From NCBI RefSeq assembly GCF_964204645.1, contig NC_134029.1:1612001-1676000 (forward strand): a stretch of DNA of 64,000 nucleotides, written 5' to 3'. Below the pieces are notes generated by a model. That model ran no database searches. It was not told the origin of the DNA and saw only the letters and a program-made list of their open reading frames with translations. The DNA is from Tubulanus polymorphus (Eukaryota > Animalia > Nemertea). Made by a program: the position numbers and the translations under genes. Shown here one piece after another: positions 26,701 to 48,573 of the stretch (position 1 is the stretch's first letter; each line of letters opens with the position of its first letter).

Positions 26701-27528
26701 TCTTTGCTTGAACCTTTGCTTGAACCTTGCTTGAACCTTCTCAGATTGATTAAATCTTGGAATTTTCACATAAGTTCACATCCTAACAATTTGCATTCTT
26801 CACCACAAAATACCGGGATATTTCACATTTGTTCATAACATAAGCAGTTAATGGACACTGGATAGTTTGAAATAAAAATTCTTAAACTTTAACACAGCTT
26901 CCCGAACCCCTGTGGGTTCTTGGACCCTGTAAGAATTCCATTTATTTCACCCTGACCTGTAGAATTGTAGGTGTATCTCCACTACTGATCAGGAATCTTG
27001 GATTATTCCAGATGATTCTGTAAACATCATCAATTTCACCATTCTCAATGTGTTTCCTCAAAATAGTCATATCCTGAGGTTTCGGGCCTTTAAAAGGCGA
27101 TTTCTCATCATAAACTTTTGCTTTCTTTTCAGAATCATCCTCCTGGAAACAAACCAATTACCAGTAAACACCTTCGAAATGGACAACATACTCCGCTTTT
27201 TCATTTCAAATGGATTGATTTCTTACCTGAATTAAGCTTTCAGCCGAAGACAGGGCAAAGTTCAGAGCTTCATCTCGTGTTTTAAAAGTTTTAAATCGTG
27301 AACCTTTTGCCGTTTTCAAGAATTTCAAAACTTCCGACATTTCAGTGAAAACCAGTTCACTTTCTGTAAAAAATTGCGTGCATTTAATCTTTGGTGATAA
27401 AGTTCTAACTTCCTGATGAAATTATCATTGAAATCATACTACTACTGACCAGGTCTAGACTTTTGCTCATCCAGAGGTATGTTGACCCCATAATAAACAG
27501 AGTTTTCTATCTTTCCATCATTCTCCAT
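23740..27528 (-). CDS. ANKLE2: Ankyrin repeat and LEM domain-containing protein 2 homolog (about 657 aa, 9 coding exons, no LEM domain seen)
   Basis: Exons 27528-27450, 27363-27227, 27142-26957, 26578-26390, 26078-25722, 25446-25334, 25213-24569, 24092-23961, 23875-23740. Motifs IWNNPRFLISSGDTPTILQE, ESPLHLACKFG, AFAGPMSP, KGLERYGR, WKEYWLFL, PTKLDVDV and SWPSP. Confidence 0.92.
25530..25650. mobile_element. hAT-like MITE (YAGGRCGGCCAC termini)
   Basis: CAGGACGGCCAC...GTGGCCGCCCTA; related degenerate copy at about 42266-42388. No target duplication resolved. Confidence 0.5.
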
Positions 27529-28571
27529 TTTTAGATCAAATGATTTCACTTTTCTGGACTATTTCAAATTAATCTTATGAGACATGGCTTGAATTTTGTA
27601 TCCTCACTCAGCAAAGGCACACTAAAAACACAAATGTCATATGTCCAAAGAATATGAAGTTGGTTTTGATTCTGAAATCCATGATAATGCGACTTGACCC
27701 TATTATCGGTCATATCTGATTAAATAATACTGATAGTGAGTGACTGAAAATGAAAGTAGAATAAGTATTTAAATGTAAGCAAGGCCAAGGCCAAGGCAAA
27801 GGCCCAAGGGTTAGGCCAGCAGAATTTATCACATTTATCGCGCAAGACCCAAAAAGCCACTGCCACTGGATTGGAATGGGGAAGGGGCAAAAGAGAAAAG
27901 GGTTATTCGTGTTTACTATTTTTTGATGCTGATAGTGAAGGATTAGGACAGTAGTGATATTTTGAATTTATAAGTAGTCAATGTTTAGAAAGAATATAGT
28001 AATCTATATCATCAGAACTAACGTAGTGACACTGGAATGCAGTGAATTTATCAGTAGAATTAAAAAAAGATGCGCGTCATTTTCAAAATCATGGCACTCG
28101 GATGGTTCCACATTTCAACAATTTGCGATGTTGGCACCGTGACTCGCATGCCAAAGTCTAAATCGACTCGGGTGCCGGGATTGTCCTAGACCGGTAACCA
28201 GTCTAGTCTTGTATAGACTGGTCGCCTGTCCAATTCTGCGCAGTGAATGTAGAGACCGGCAACCAGTCTAAGTGTTGTCCTACAAACAACACACCCGGTT
28301 ACCATTTTACCTCTACATGGTTTGATGGGATTTATTACAACAATATTCATCGTGCTTATCGTATTTTAAGTCGTGTATCTGTTTCAGATTTCAACGTTTT
28401 ATCAAAAAATCGCACTTCTCGAGCCACGCGTGCCAGAGTCGCCTCACAAGCTGGGATTCCCCACTCATAGAAAATGGCGTCTCTCATGTAGAAGAGTTAC
28501 ACATTACATGAGAAAAATGCTTAATGAATGTATGAGTTTCCACATCAAACCTGATTAGAAACTACTGAAAC

Positions 28572-31546
28572 ATGTGGCGAATAATTACATCATTCCCTAG
28601 AGGTAAGAATTTATTTATCATTCATCATGCCACTGCTTGGTATTTGACATCATTTAGCTGGAATTCGCCTGTACAAAAATTGACCATTTCAGTTGTCCGG
28701 CAAAACATACATTGGAGTGCCAGATCTACACAGGTTCATAATGAGAATGAAAAGACAAGCTGTAAATCTACGTTATCTGAACAGTGTGATAAACATTCAA
28801 TTGGGTCAGTATCCCTAGTCTGAATACCAGACGCTGTTCAATCCCCTACAGAGGAACAACAGCTAGATACTAGGCTACAGCTAAATTTCCGAATCTTCGC
28901 ACAGTCTTGCACAGGTCAAATGTATATATTTGTTTATGTATATTAGGCAAGAGACGAGAGCAGTTTGTCATTACTCAACTAATACATCAGGAAAAGAGCA
29001 ATGGTACAGAAATACTAATAACACATGGAACCCTCTCAAACATCATAATGCTATATTTGATGTCATAGGATGGGTAAGTATTTAAATACAGCATCATTCA
29101 AATATATTGATTTTCTATCCCTATATCTTAACATGGTGTTCTCTATATTTCAGGGTGCAGTTGTAGTATTAGGTTACCATCTATCATATATTGCTAATGG
29201 AAATGATCAAAACCGCAAGAAAAAGTTCCGGTGTCTTTACAATCATTTCTTCTCGCCAAATTATCGAACAGCGCGCTCGGTTCTGCCACAACAGAGAACT
29301 GATAACTCTTCAAACAATCATGAATACAGTTTCGATTTAGAAGATTCTCATTCGAATTTAGCGACATTGAAACAAAAATCCAAAAATGAAGTAAGTTATA
29401 TCATGTCATATTATTTACGATCAAAGAAGGCAATAGCCTTATATACAGACAGCCTCTTCGTTTAGATATTTGATGTGCTTTGTTATGTAGATACTTTTCT
29501 GGAATTATTCTTATGTCATCTGAATAATAATTGAAACATTTTTATTGCATTGTCAAAGTAAACAAATGTGATATGAATTTGTGGAATTTGTTTGCAGAGT
29601 TTTGTGAAAGTTACCGATCTTGGTTCAGACCTGTCTTCGAACTCTCGGGCGTCTGAGTTTACTCATGCATCGAGCAGCAGCAGCAGCGGTGAAGCAATCC
29701 GAGCGAGATTTACTCCAGAAAAACCGCAGCCAACAATTCAATCTCCTCGGATTGATAGTGAATTCGAAAATGCGATAGATTATCTCGGTCGTTTATTCAA
29801 TCATTATAACGCTATGCAACACAATATCGAGGCTTTGAAATACGCACAAACGAAAGATTTCGTAAGCGCCATCGCTTGCTGGGAGAAAGCTGCCAGTTTA
29901 GGATACGCGAAAGCTGAATTCAACCTTGGCATTTCGCTAGAGAACGGAAGAGGAACTGATGTAGATCCTGAAAAGGTGATTTTTTGTCTTCCAGGAGCCA
30001 GTTCCACAGTTCTGAGGTGGAATTCGACTTAAATGTTTATAAGAATTACAAACTAACCCTTACCATTGGGTTACACTTAACCCAGATCTACAGTTGACTC
30101 AGCTTTACTGGGTAGAGTTAGTACCAAGTTGACCGGATAATGAGTTGAGAATTAGGGAAATTGAAATTTCTACCAAATAAACCTAAGTAATGAAAATTCA
30201 CTGACTTGATCGATCGATATCGAGTCTTATTATAATGGAACTCAGTACAGTAATTTACTTAAGTTTGTATATGTCTGGAGTGAATATTTTCTAGGCAATG
30301 GTTTTCTATCGATCAGCTGCAGAGAAAGGTCATAAAGAAGCTATGTTCAATTTGGCTATTCTATTGAAAAATGAATCTTTAACCGACAATCGAGAGGAGA
30401 TTTACTCATTACTGAATTCAGCTGCTGAAAAAGGCTTAAAACAAGTGCGTCATTCTGAAAATAGATTCTAATTCAATTTATCAATAATTTTCAATTGTTT
30501 TAGTAAATGTCAATTTTCAGGCGAAAGTTCAACTAGGTTTAATGTATCTAGATGAACCTTACTGCGATCATGAAAAAGCATTTCCAAATTTCTTATCAGC
30601 TGCTGAACAGCAGGTAAAATTCATCCACTTTCCTCTAGATATTCTCTATATCCGTCAACATGTTGAGGAATGATGTATGTATTTTTAGGTTGAGGATGGA
30701 CTGTATTATGTGGGTTTGTGTTATCAAAATGGTTGGGGAACGGCTGAAAATTTGTGTAAAGCTGCAAAATATTTCTCACAAGCTGCGAATGCTGGACATC
30801 CAGATGCTCAGTTTACCTTAGCTTCATATTTCGAGCAAGGATTAGGAGGTTAGTGGAGTCTTCTTAAACGAGTCATTCAAATCGAAAAACGGAATTCATT
30901 AGAACGCGATGATTGTTAATGTTTATTTGCAGGTTTACCCGAGGATGTCGCCTCTGCTAAAGAGTTATATCAAAAAGCAGCAGATTCAAATCATCAACAA
31001 GCAAAACATTCACTAAATCGAATATTGGCGGTTGAATCTCTACAGATCTGGGCCGGTGAGAGTATGAAAATTGATTATTGCGCATTAAGAAAAAAGCCAT
31101 TCTCTTTATCATCTGGAACTGAGATTGATTGTTTCTATTTTACAGAGAGATACAAAACGATAGATGATTGCGCTGAAATGAAGAGAATTAAAACTAATAT
31201 TCGTCACAGTCCGTCTGATACAACACTACATAAACCAGTGACTAGTACACTATCTACATCTTACTCCTCTCCTTCTCTTGGAGAACATCTATATTCAGCA
31301 CTATCTCTAGGATTATCTACGTTAAATAGCGGGGGCCGTGGTGACCATTACCGAGGTAGTGATGGTGATTCTGTCTGCTCGAGTGATGATTACGACCTTG
31401 AACCCGGCGTTTATACGTTTGATGATTTCAGCTCGAAATCATCGTTCACAATCGGAGATGACGTGACCGCCGGTAGAAACAACGGTTTCTATGACAATCT
31501 GAATTTGTCATCTGATAGTATTGTTTTTACTGATGACTGCCTCTGA
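28572..31546 (+). CDS. DELE1: DAP3-binding cell death enhancer 1 homolog (Sel1-like repeats), 10 coding exons
   Basis: Exons 28572-28602, 28693-28804, 28947-29073, 29154-29390, 29598-29975, 30295-30444, 30521-30613, 30689-30848, 30933-31055, 31146-31546. MWR start, FDVIGWGAVVVLG, Sel1 repeats (GYAKAEFNLGISLENGRG) and a C-terminal SYSSPSL motif. Confidence 0.85.
28816..28877. mobile_element. Short TA-ended fold-back element (TAGTCTGAATACCAG...TACTAGRCTA)
   Basis: Second copy at 49469-49542 with shared ends and internal GAGGAACAAC. Confidence 0.6.
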
Positions 31547-32319
31547 GAATGATGCATACGTGGCTGTCTACGATGTTGCAATTTTATAGTATACACTGTA
31601 TTGGTATTAGTGGTCTCTCACTAAGCCGTGAAACACCATTGTTAGTGGTAGTGTAGATAGTATAAATTGGTGTCAGAGTTTGTGGAGGATATAATTTTTT
31701 CTAACTAGGCTTAATATAATTTAGTATTGTGTGTGCTATGACACATTTGAATAAAAAAATTATACATTTTGTTGAAATTCATTGTTGTTTGAATTCCTTC
31801 TTTCCACTCCGCAACGTGTAGTGAGTCTAACTGGGTGGAGATTGTATCCACATCCTCTCTCGTGCTTGTCGAAACACCTCTTCCAACAAGCCGCGAAGAA
31901 GAAAGGATAAGAATATTTTGATTAGTCGAAGTAACGAACTACCTATATCACCAGTGCTCAAGTTATCTTAATTTGGTGATTAATTGGGATTCGACCCGGT
32001 GTGAAACGCCGCGCGCACTAACTATTGCCGTCACCTAGCGCCACCTAGGATGGAAGCAATAAAACTGAATTTAATTGCTGTGATTAGTAGGAAATAATTT
32101 TTAAAACACTACCGGCCTAATTAGATAAAGATTGGAGTGAAGGTAAATATAACAAAGGTTCTGTATTTATAGATGGTATAATTTACTTCATGCTACTCGC
32201 GATGTCAAATAGTGTTTTATGTGTAAAACTTGAAAATTTCGGATTTTTTATCAAGTTTCATCGTATGTGTAGTCTGTATTTCATCCGTTCAGTTACTTTA
32301 TTCGCTAGGTGAACGTTCC

Positions 32320-34904
32320 ATGATGGATGAACTAGCTGACGCGTTCGGGGGTGCGTTTAAAGTGAATAATATAGAGAATGATGTGAACGCACCTCACCCG
32401 AGATATTCACAATATAAATCTAAAATCACCGGATCTTCGCAGAAGGAGAGGAGAAAACGTATATTAGAAATACAAAAACAGTAAGTAGCATCATCAAGGC
32501 ATGCACCATTACATGACGGTCTCCTCTCCTCACACCCTATGTCCAAGATGTTTAAAATTGCATGCATGCATTGGGAAATTATTCAGTCTCAGACCTGTGA
32601 CCTGTCAAATAGACTAATGATAAGGTAAATTTGCCTTATTAGACATTGGTCACGGTGATGGTAAGCTTTTATGATCTGATCAGTGCATACCATACTTACG
32701 CCAATATGTGATTTGTGAAAATATCTGATCTTGAAACTAAACCACAGACTTCGGCAGGCAATATACCGAGCGTGGAGGGTTCATATTCAATATTTTGTAC
32801 CTACTGTATCGACGTTCCATACCGATGTGTGGATGAACATTGGCTGCTTCGCAACCGATTAAGAATTTCAAGATGAATTCACTTATCTCTATTGTTTAAT
32901 GTAGGAATAGGTTTGATTCCCTGGTGCATGTACGTAGACTAGCTCAGGGTAAGTGGGATGATATGCCCGATCATGACGATGATTCTATGGAAGTGGATAA
33001 CTATATACGTCATACAAGACCAGGAAAAAACTATAAAAATCAGGTAGAGATTTCACCAGAAAAATCTACAGTCAAATTTACTCAATAAGTTGATATGAGA
33101 TTGAACTATGATATTGTAAACGTTATTTTTATAGTTGATGTTATCTGAATGGCTAGTGGAGGTACCCGAGGATCTAGAAACTGAATGGATTATGGAGATG
33201 TGTCCTATCGGCAAGCGTTGTCTAGTCATAACTACCAGAGTATGTGCTCATCCCCTAGTAATAACTATTAAGGGTTTTTGGTCAAAAACTTTAGAATGTC
33301 AGGCCAAATTATTTGAGGAATAATCGTGTTATATCAGGTGCATAAGAGCAGTCAGTATTTACTTTTCATTCAGCATAAGGTACCAAATACAGTAAAAAAA
33401 CACTGTTATCATACTCGTTAATTCTTTGACTTTTTCAAAACTGTTCTAAAAATGTAACGGGTTTTTATTTTCAGGGTCAAACGATAGCTTACGCTAAAAG
33501 TGGGTTGTATATAAATAGTTTCCCGTCTAATTTACCTGGTGGAAGCAAACGCAAAGGTGTCAAATATACAGAAGAAGGTATTGATTAGTTCTGATTGAGA
33601 GGTTGAAAAATTTATGTTTTATCTGTTTGGGGCAACAATCTTAAGGAGATGTGACCTATTTTTACGCTCTTGATGAATTGATGCGGTTATTAAGACGACC
33701 TCTAGTGATTTTTTTTTATTTTACAGAGAGCACGATTTTAGATTGTATTTATAACGACGTCACTCAGACGTATTATATATTAGATCTGATGTGTTGGAAT
33801 GGACATCCTGTTTATGATTCTGAGGTTTGTTAATTTCCAGTTTAAGACGGTTTTATTTTGATGCGAAACTTGTGAAAATGAAATCAAATTCGATACATTT
33901 TTAGACAGAATTTCGGTTTTTCTGGTTGTTGTCGAAAATGGAAGAATATCCCGAATTAGACGTCAAATCAAAATACAATCCAGTAAGTTGTGCTATTCAC
34001 AGAAAACCTTGCCTAAATTTCGACGAACCGAGACCGGCAAAATAAATCCCAATTCAATCTACGCCCAAATGAAGGATCGAAAGATATTCAGCTGCTATAA
34101 CCATGATGATTGTCTGCGTATTTTCAGTATAAGTTTATAGCTTTGCCCCAAATCGCGTGTACGAAGTCTGCTATGGCTGAGGCAGTAGCACAACCTATGT
34201 TAGTCGCGGTAAGTTTCAATCTAGCTTCAATTTTTCTCCGAAGTTAAACCCTTTAAACTGAAGTAGTTTTCGTCTTAATTTTCCAGCTCGACGGTTTGTT
34301 ATTTTACCACAAAAAGGCGCGATATACGTTCGGCTCAACTCCTCTCGTTTTGTGGTTGAAACCGTACATGTTACCGGAGATACTGGGAGTACCTGCGACT
34401 GACGAACAGATGAAACGCATTCCGAGTAACTACGTCAACCAATCGGAATTTATTAAAAAATTCGAAGAAAAGGAAGCGAAAGAAAAGGAGAAAAAACAGC
34501 GAAAATACAGCGAGAGAAAACAAGCGAAATCGGCGAATAAAAAAGAGCCGATGGAAGTTAGCGGAAATCAGAAACAATCTCAACAAACAGAAATAACAAA
34601 AACAGCGAACAAATCTAAAAATATGAGCACGCAAACACCGGCTAAAATGGAAGGAAGGGTTCAACCAGCTCGTAGTTGTAAGACTTATGGACGTGGTAAG
34701 CCTATTACTAATAAACAACAGTTTACCACGTATGATAGTGTATATACAGATTATAATTTCACCGGTTGGACAGGTGGTTATTCACTCGATGCAGCTTCAC
34801 AGTTTACAGCAGGACAATCAGGATCAGGAGACGCTAGAATGATGGCTCGTGGTGGGGGTAAAGGGGGTAGAGGTGGGAGAGGTTCAGGTATGGATACGTA
34901 TTGA
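32320..34904 (+). CDS. SNUPN: Snurportin-1 (about 460 aa, 8 coding exons)
   Basis: Exons 32320-32480, 32905-33043, 33135-33239, 33475-33577, 33727-33824, 33905-33982, 34128-34208, 34287-34904. IBB-like PHPRYSQYK...[11 protein letters not shown]; cap-binding domain [55 protein letters not shown]. Confidence 0.94.
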
Positions 34905-35339
34905 ATGGTCGGATTATTCTGTGAAATACCACAAATTGTGTTCTTTATGTTTTGCTCTGTAGTAGACCCTACCCTAACTGCAGTAGGTTTACAAGAGTTT
35001 TGTCCTATCGTCTGTAGCCCTGGACCCACAACCATTCAGATGACCATTCAATTTTCACAAGAAATCCTTGTGTATCACATATCTGAATGACTGCACAGTC
35101 CAGGCTGTTAGACTAACTAAGGAATGCAGGGTCCAGAGGATTGCAAATTGATGGATTGTTTTTTGTTTCAATAAAAGGTTCAGAGTTATGATGAATGGAA
35201 TGATCATTTTTATTATAATAATAATGAAATAAAGTCTGTTATTAACGACAAGCCGATTTGTTATTGTGTTTGCTGCAAGATGAAGTTGGTGTGGTAAGCG
35301 AGGTTTCGTATTTCTCGATAGATGGCGAACTAATCTGCC

Positions 35340-38017
35340 ATGGCGACTGGTCTGCTAAGGAGTCGTAATTTATGGTCAAATTATGTATTATGTGGTTATA
35401 AGTTTGCTGTTCGAAGATTCTCAGATAATTCTCTAAAAATTGCTAAGTATGCGACCTCATTTGTTTGATTATTCAAAATTCTGAAACACCTAAAATTGTG
35501 CATTACGTGTATATGTTCGATTTTCATCGGAATGGTGGCAGCACCAGCCGGTTAGGGTAGATTTGTCCTTCCAGGCGGGCTGTCTAATTGTACCCGGCGT
35601 GATATAACTTTACAAAATGAATAACTGTCATTATTTTTATTTGAATTAGATCATCAAAGAAGTGGCAAAGTGTAATTGGTATAGAAGTTCACGCTCAAAT
35701 TGCGTCCGAATCAAAGCTATTTTCTGCATCAGGGACGGAATTTGCTGAATTAATCAACAATCAAGTATCATTTTTTGATGCATCTCTTCCAGGAACACTA
35801 CCAGTGAGTCAAACTGACAATTTAAAAAAAAATAAAAATTCTCAAACACTCTAATATTTCTGAACATATTTCGATTGTATTTTAGGTATTAAATCGACGT
35901 TGCGTAGAAGCTGCTATTCAGACGGCATTTGCTTTAAATTGTCGTGTTAACTTGGTTTCTAAATTTGACAGGAAACATTATTTCTACGCTGATCTGCCGG
36001 TAACTATCGATTCAATATGTCGTTTTATAAATCATTGAGTTTATGACTTTCCAAACAAATTTGACATTATCGTATTTAGAGGTCTTCGATTGATTATTAT
36101 AGAATGTTTTCGCTATCTCTCTCAATAGACGGGTTATCAGATAACGCAACAGAGGCTGCCAATAGCTGTAGATGGAGAGGTTGAATATAACCTTGTCACT
36201 AGTCCGGGGAAAGATCCGGTGAAAAAACGTGTCATTATCAAACAGATACAGTTAGAACAGGATAGCGGGAAGAGTATTCATGATGAGGATGAAAATAAGA
36301 GTTTGATAGATTTGAATAGAGCTGGTGAGATTTCGGTCCCAGTTGAGTCCTTTATGTTGTGATAGAATACTATTTGAGTTGATGGGATGTTTTGATTTCA
36401 GGTGTAGGATTGATGGAAATAGTAACTGATCCTGTATTCAATCATGGTGAAGAGGTGTCAGCATTTATCAAAGAGTTACAACTCGTTTTGAAATGTATTG
36501 GAGCTTGTGATGGAAAAATGGAAGGTGGTAACAATGAAATCTTTCATTAAATCCTCTTAATTATCACTTGTTTGTTACAATATTTTGAATGTCTCTATAT
36601 TGTAGAGGGTTCATTAAGAGTTGATGCCAATATTTCTATAAATCAACCCGGGAAACCGTTAGGAACTAGAACTGAAGTGAAAAATATAAACAGTGTTAGG
36701 AATATTAACAAAGCTATCAGTAAGTCATTGGTTTATATCTCATATAAGTTTTAGACACAACATACGTAAGACTTTATTAATTCCTTAATTTGAAATTTAG
36801 ATTATGAAATAAAACGACAAATAGATGAATTAGAAGCTGGAAATGAGATAGTCAATCAAACTCGATCATTTGACTCCGAACTTGGGTAAATATCTTAACT
36901 GCTCAATGGTTAGAATTACTTATACAATATTCTGAATTCAGTCAAATTGGTCTATTTTTAGAATAACAGTTGCTATGAGAGATAAAGAACGCGTCCAAGA
37001 CTACCGTTTCCTTCCAGAGCCGAATCTCCCCCCATTGAGAGTTTATAATCATCAAACTATGACTGAGGATTTGAGGAATATCAACGCTATAAATATCGAC
37101 AAACTGAAAGAAACGCTGCCCGAATTACCGGAGGCTAAGAGACAAAATCTGATGAACAAATATGGAATTACGAGACATCAAGTTGTTGTTCTTATGGTGA
37201 GGACATATCAAATCAGTAGCCAACTTCACTAAGAAGGGTTTTGATTCCATAAACTTGTTGAATTGATAAATTGGTATCATATTCATTGAATGCAGGGAGA
37301 AGATGGACTTCTGGAATATTTTGAGGAAATACTCAATGCAGACAAAGATCATTGCGACCCTAAATTATTAGCAAACTGGTTAACAATGAACCTTTTAACT
37401 GAACTGCACAAATTAGATTGGACTTTATCTCAAAAGTAGGAATCATCCAAGTTTCTGTATTATTTAATGTGGAATGAAGTTCACAATTAAATTGATCTTT
37501 TATATTCTATTTCAGTACGATATCCAGTGAGAATTTTGGAAAATTAGTGAATTTAGTCCAGAAACAATCAATAACTGTGACGATAGGAAAAATGGTAAGA
37601 TTATCTTAACTATTACTGTGCGAGTTTATTTTCAAGTTACTGGTCTTGCATTTTGTAAGTGATGTTTGTTTTCAACAGGTATTGGCAGAATTATTGTCGA
37701 ATCCTCATCAAACTCCGAATGAAATCATCGCTTCTAAAAACTGGAGTAAACTCACCGATACTCAACAAATTGAAAAACGTATTGAGCAGATTCTTGCAGA
37801 AAATACTAAAGCAGTAAGAAACATTGATTATCATTTGACTGATCTTATTTTCATGAATTTATTCTTAATCTTACACGTTTTATGTCAGGTTACAGATTTC
37901 AAGAAAGGAAAGACGAAAGCATTTAATTTTTTGATCGGACAAGCTCAAAAAGCGACAGAGTTTAGAGCTGATCCACAATATGTGATAAAAGTCCTCAAAG
38001 ACAAGTTGCAAACTTGA
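35340..38017 (+). CDS. GATB: Mitochondrial glutamyl-tRNA(Gln) amidotransferase subunit B (PET112), 12 coding exons
   Basis: Exons from 35340-35446 to 37889-38017. Motifs [54 protein letters not shown] and MRDKE...[12 protein letters not shown]. Confidence 0.95.
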
Positions 38018-39522
38018 TGGGAAAATTCATTTCATCTTCGGTCAAATACAGAGATATCAGCATTGCTTTACTTCAGATTTTTTGTACCAAGTGATAATAA
38101 ATTATTTGTAATATGTGAAGCCCTCGGTCAGGTTCGTTCATTCATGTAGTATCCATTTACACTTTGCAAAAGTCACTTACTATGTCAGGTCTGTTGGCCA
38201 TGTCATTGTGTGTCATTGGCAGTCGAAATGGGGGCAGCAAACTGGGACGAATTACTTCAGTCAGTCGCTTGGGTGTGACGTGAAGTCTAAATTGGAATAT
38301 TCTCCATTCAACCGGACAGCATTGCATCAAAAACTTTAAAAACAAACGAGGATTTAAAAGGCTGAATTTTAAGGGTTTAGGATTTTTATTTGCTTGCTGT
38401 AAGTTTAATATATACACAAATTGTTATAAATAATGAATTAAAAAAAACACAAGTTACAAAAGATAGGATTGGAGGATATTTAAATGATTAACCCTTTTAT
38501 ACTGGTGGCAGATCTGATCTGACCACAGCAACACTGTATTCATGCATGAAAGATAGGGAAGGATTTCATGACTAAAATGTACTATTATTGACAGGTATAA
38601 ATATGTAATGGAAGGGTTTCACACACTAAGGTCACTCGCTATCAATCAATACAAACAATTTCCCCCGACTGCTCAAAATCTCTCAAATTTTGAGAAAATT
38701 TCGTTGAAAGCATCGAATACCGTTAAATTCAAGCGGTCGTTCTAAATCTAAGTTTCAAAAGAGCAAAAATGTGGTCGACTTCAAACTACATGATTCCAAA
38801 AATAAATCCCTAAAAAATTTTCCCAGAAAAGCATAAATTTCACAAGTCAGGATTAACTACATGTATGTGTGCCTTTCATTACTGACTAGAGAATGGCAGA
38901 GTCAATACACAACACACGGTTCTAAATATTTACAACTTTATTTACAAATAGCCGTTCTAAATTAAACCAACGTTATTATACAGTTCAAATAAATGCAAAT
39001 TGATTCAGTCATTTCATTCAGTAGTATCAGACAATACTTGATCAGTTTATATTTATTCTGGTAACACAGAATTTCTGCATCTATTTCGAACATTTGTCAA
39101 ACTATTTCTCTAATGTTTTCAAACTGATCAAAACCTTCCTAGAAATTAGGCCAGGATTCGCACAACAGATTTCTTCTCTATACATGATTGTTTTAATAAT
39201 CATAATTATATAAACCATGCTGCCATAATTAATCAATAATCAGTAACAATTCGTAATAAGAGAATCCATGATTGAATGATGATACAACAGATCAAACATC
39301 TATAAGATGAAAGACTAAATTATGCTAGGATATTTCACTTCACAATGAACACCATATTTCTGACCAGGAAATTCTTTATAGTTCATAACAAATTCATACG
39401 ATAGATTTCTGTACATCTATAGACTTCAGTTCTACAGTTCTACAGTAACTGGTTAAAAACATCGAAAATGAACTATTTTAAACTTTAGATTCAAACTAAG
39501 CTGACAATTGTGCATCTGGATC

Positions 39523-39663
39523 CAGGGCCCGGTTGCATTGTCGTTCCTGAGTCCAAAAGTGGTCTTAAATCTTAAGACTGGTCTTAAGCTGTTGGATTGG
39601 CTATGGAACTAAGATGCTCCTAAGCTAGTTAAATCTAAGCCTTGACAGTGCAACTAGCCCCAG
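39523..39663. mobile_element. MITE family B (Harbinger-like), CAG target duplication, just 3' of the CYFIP stop
   Basis: CAG|GGCCCGGTTGCA...TGCAACTAGCCC|CAG; inverted homolog at 47093-47236. Confidence 0.8.
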
Positions 39664-39692
39664 AAGATAAATTAAACTGATGAATTATGAAT

Positions 39693-48573
<8,881 letters not shown>

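Noticed and set aside
1743-27806. Microsatellites and small duplications ((GCA)n at 1743, 20-bp duplication at about 5894, (GA)n at 11463, TTGCTTGAACC x3 at about 26704, AAGGCC repeats at about 27780)
   Set aside because: Ordinary simple repeats with no sign of function.
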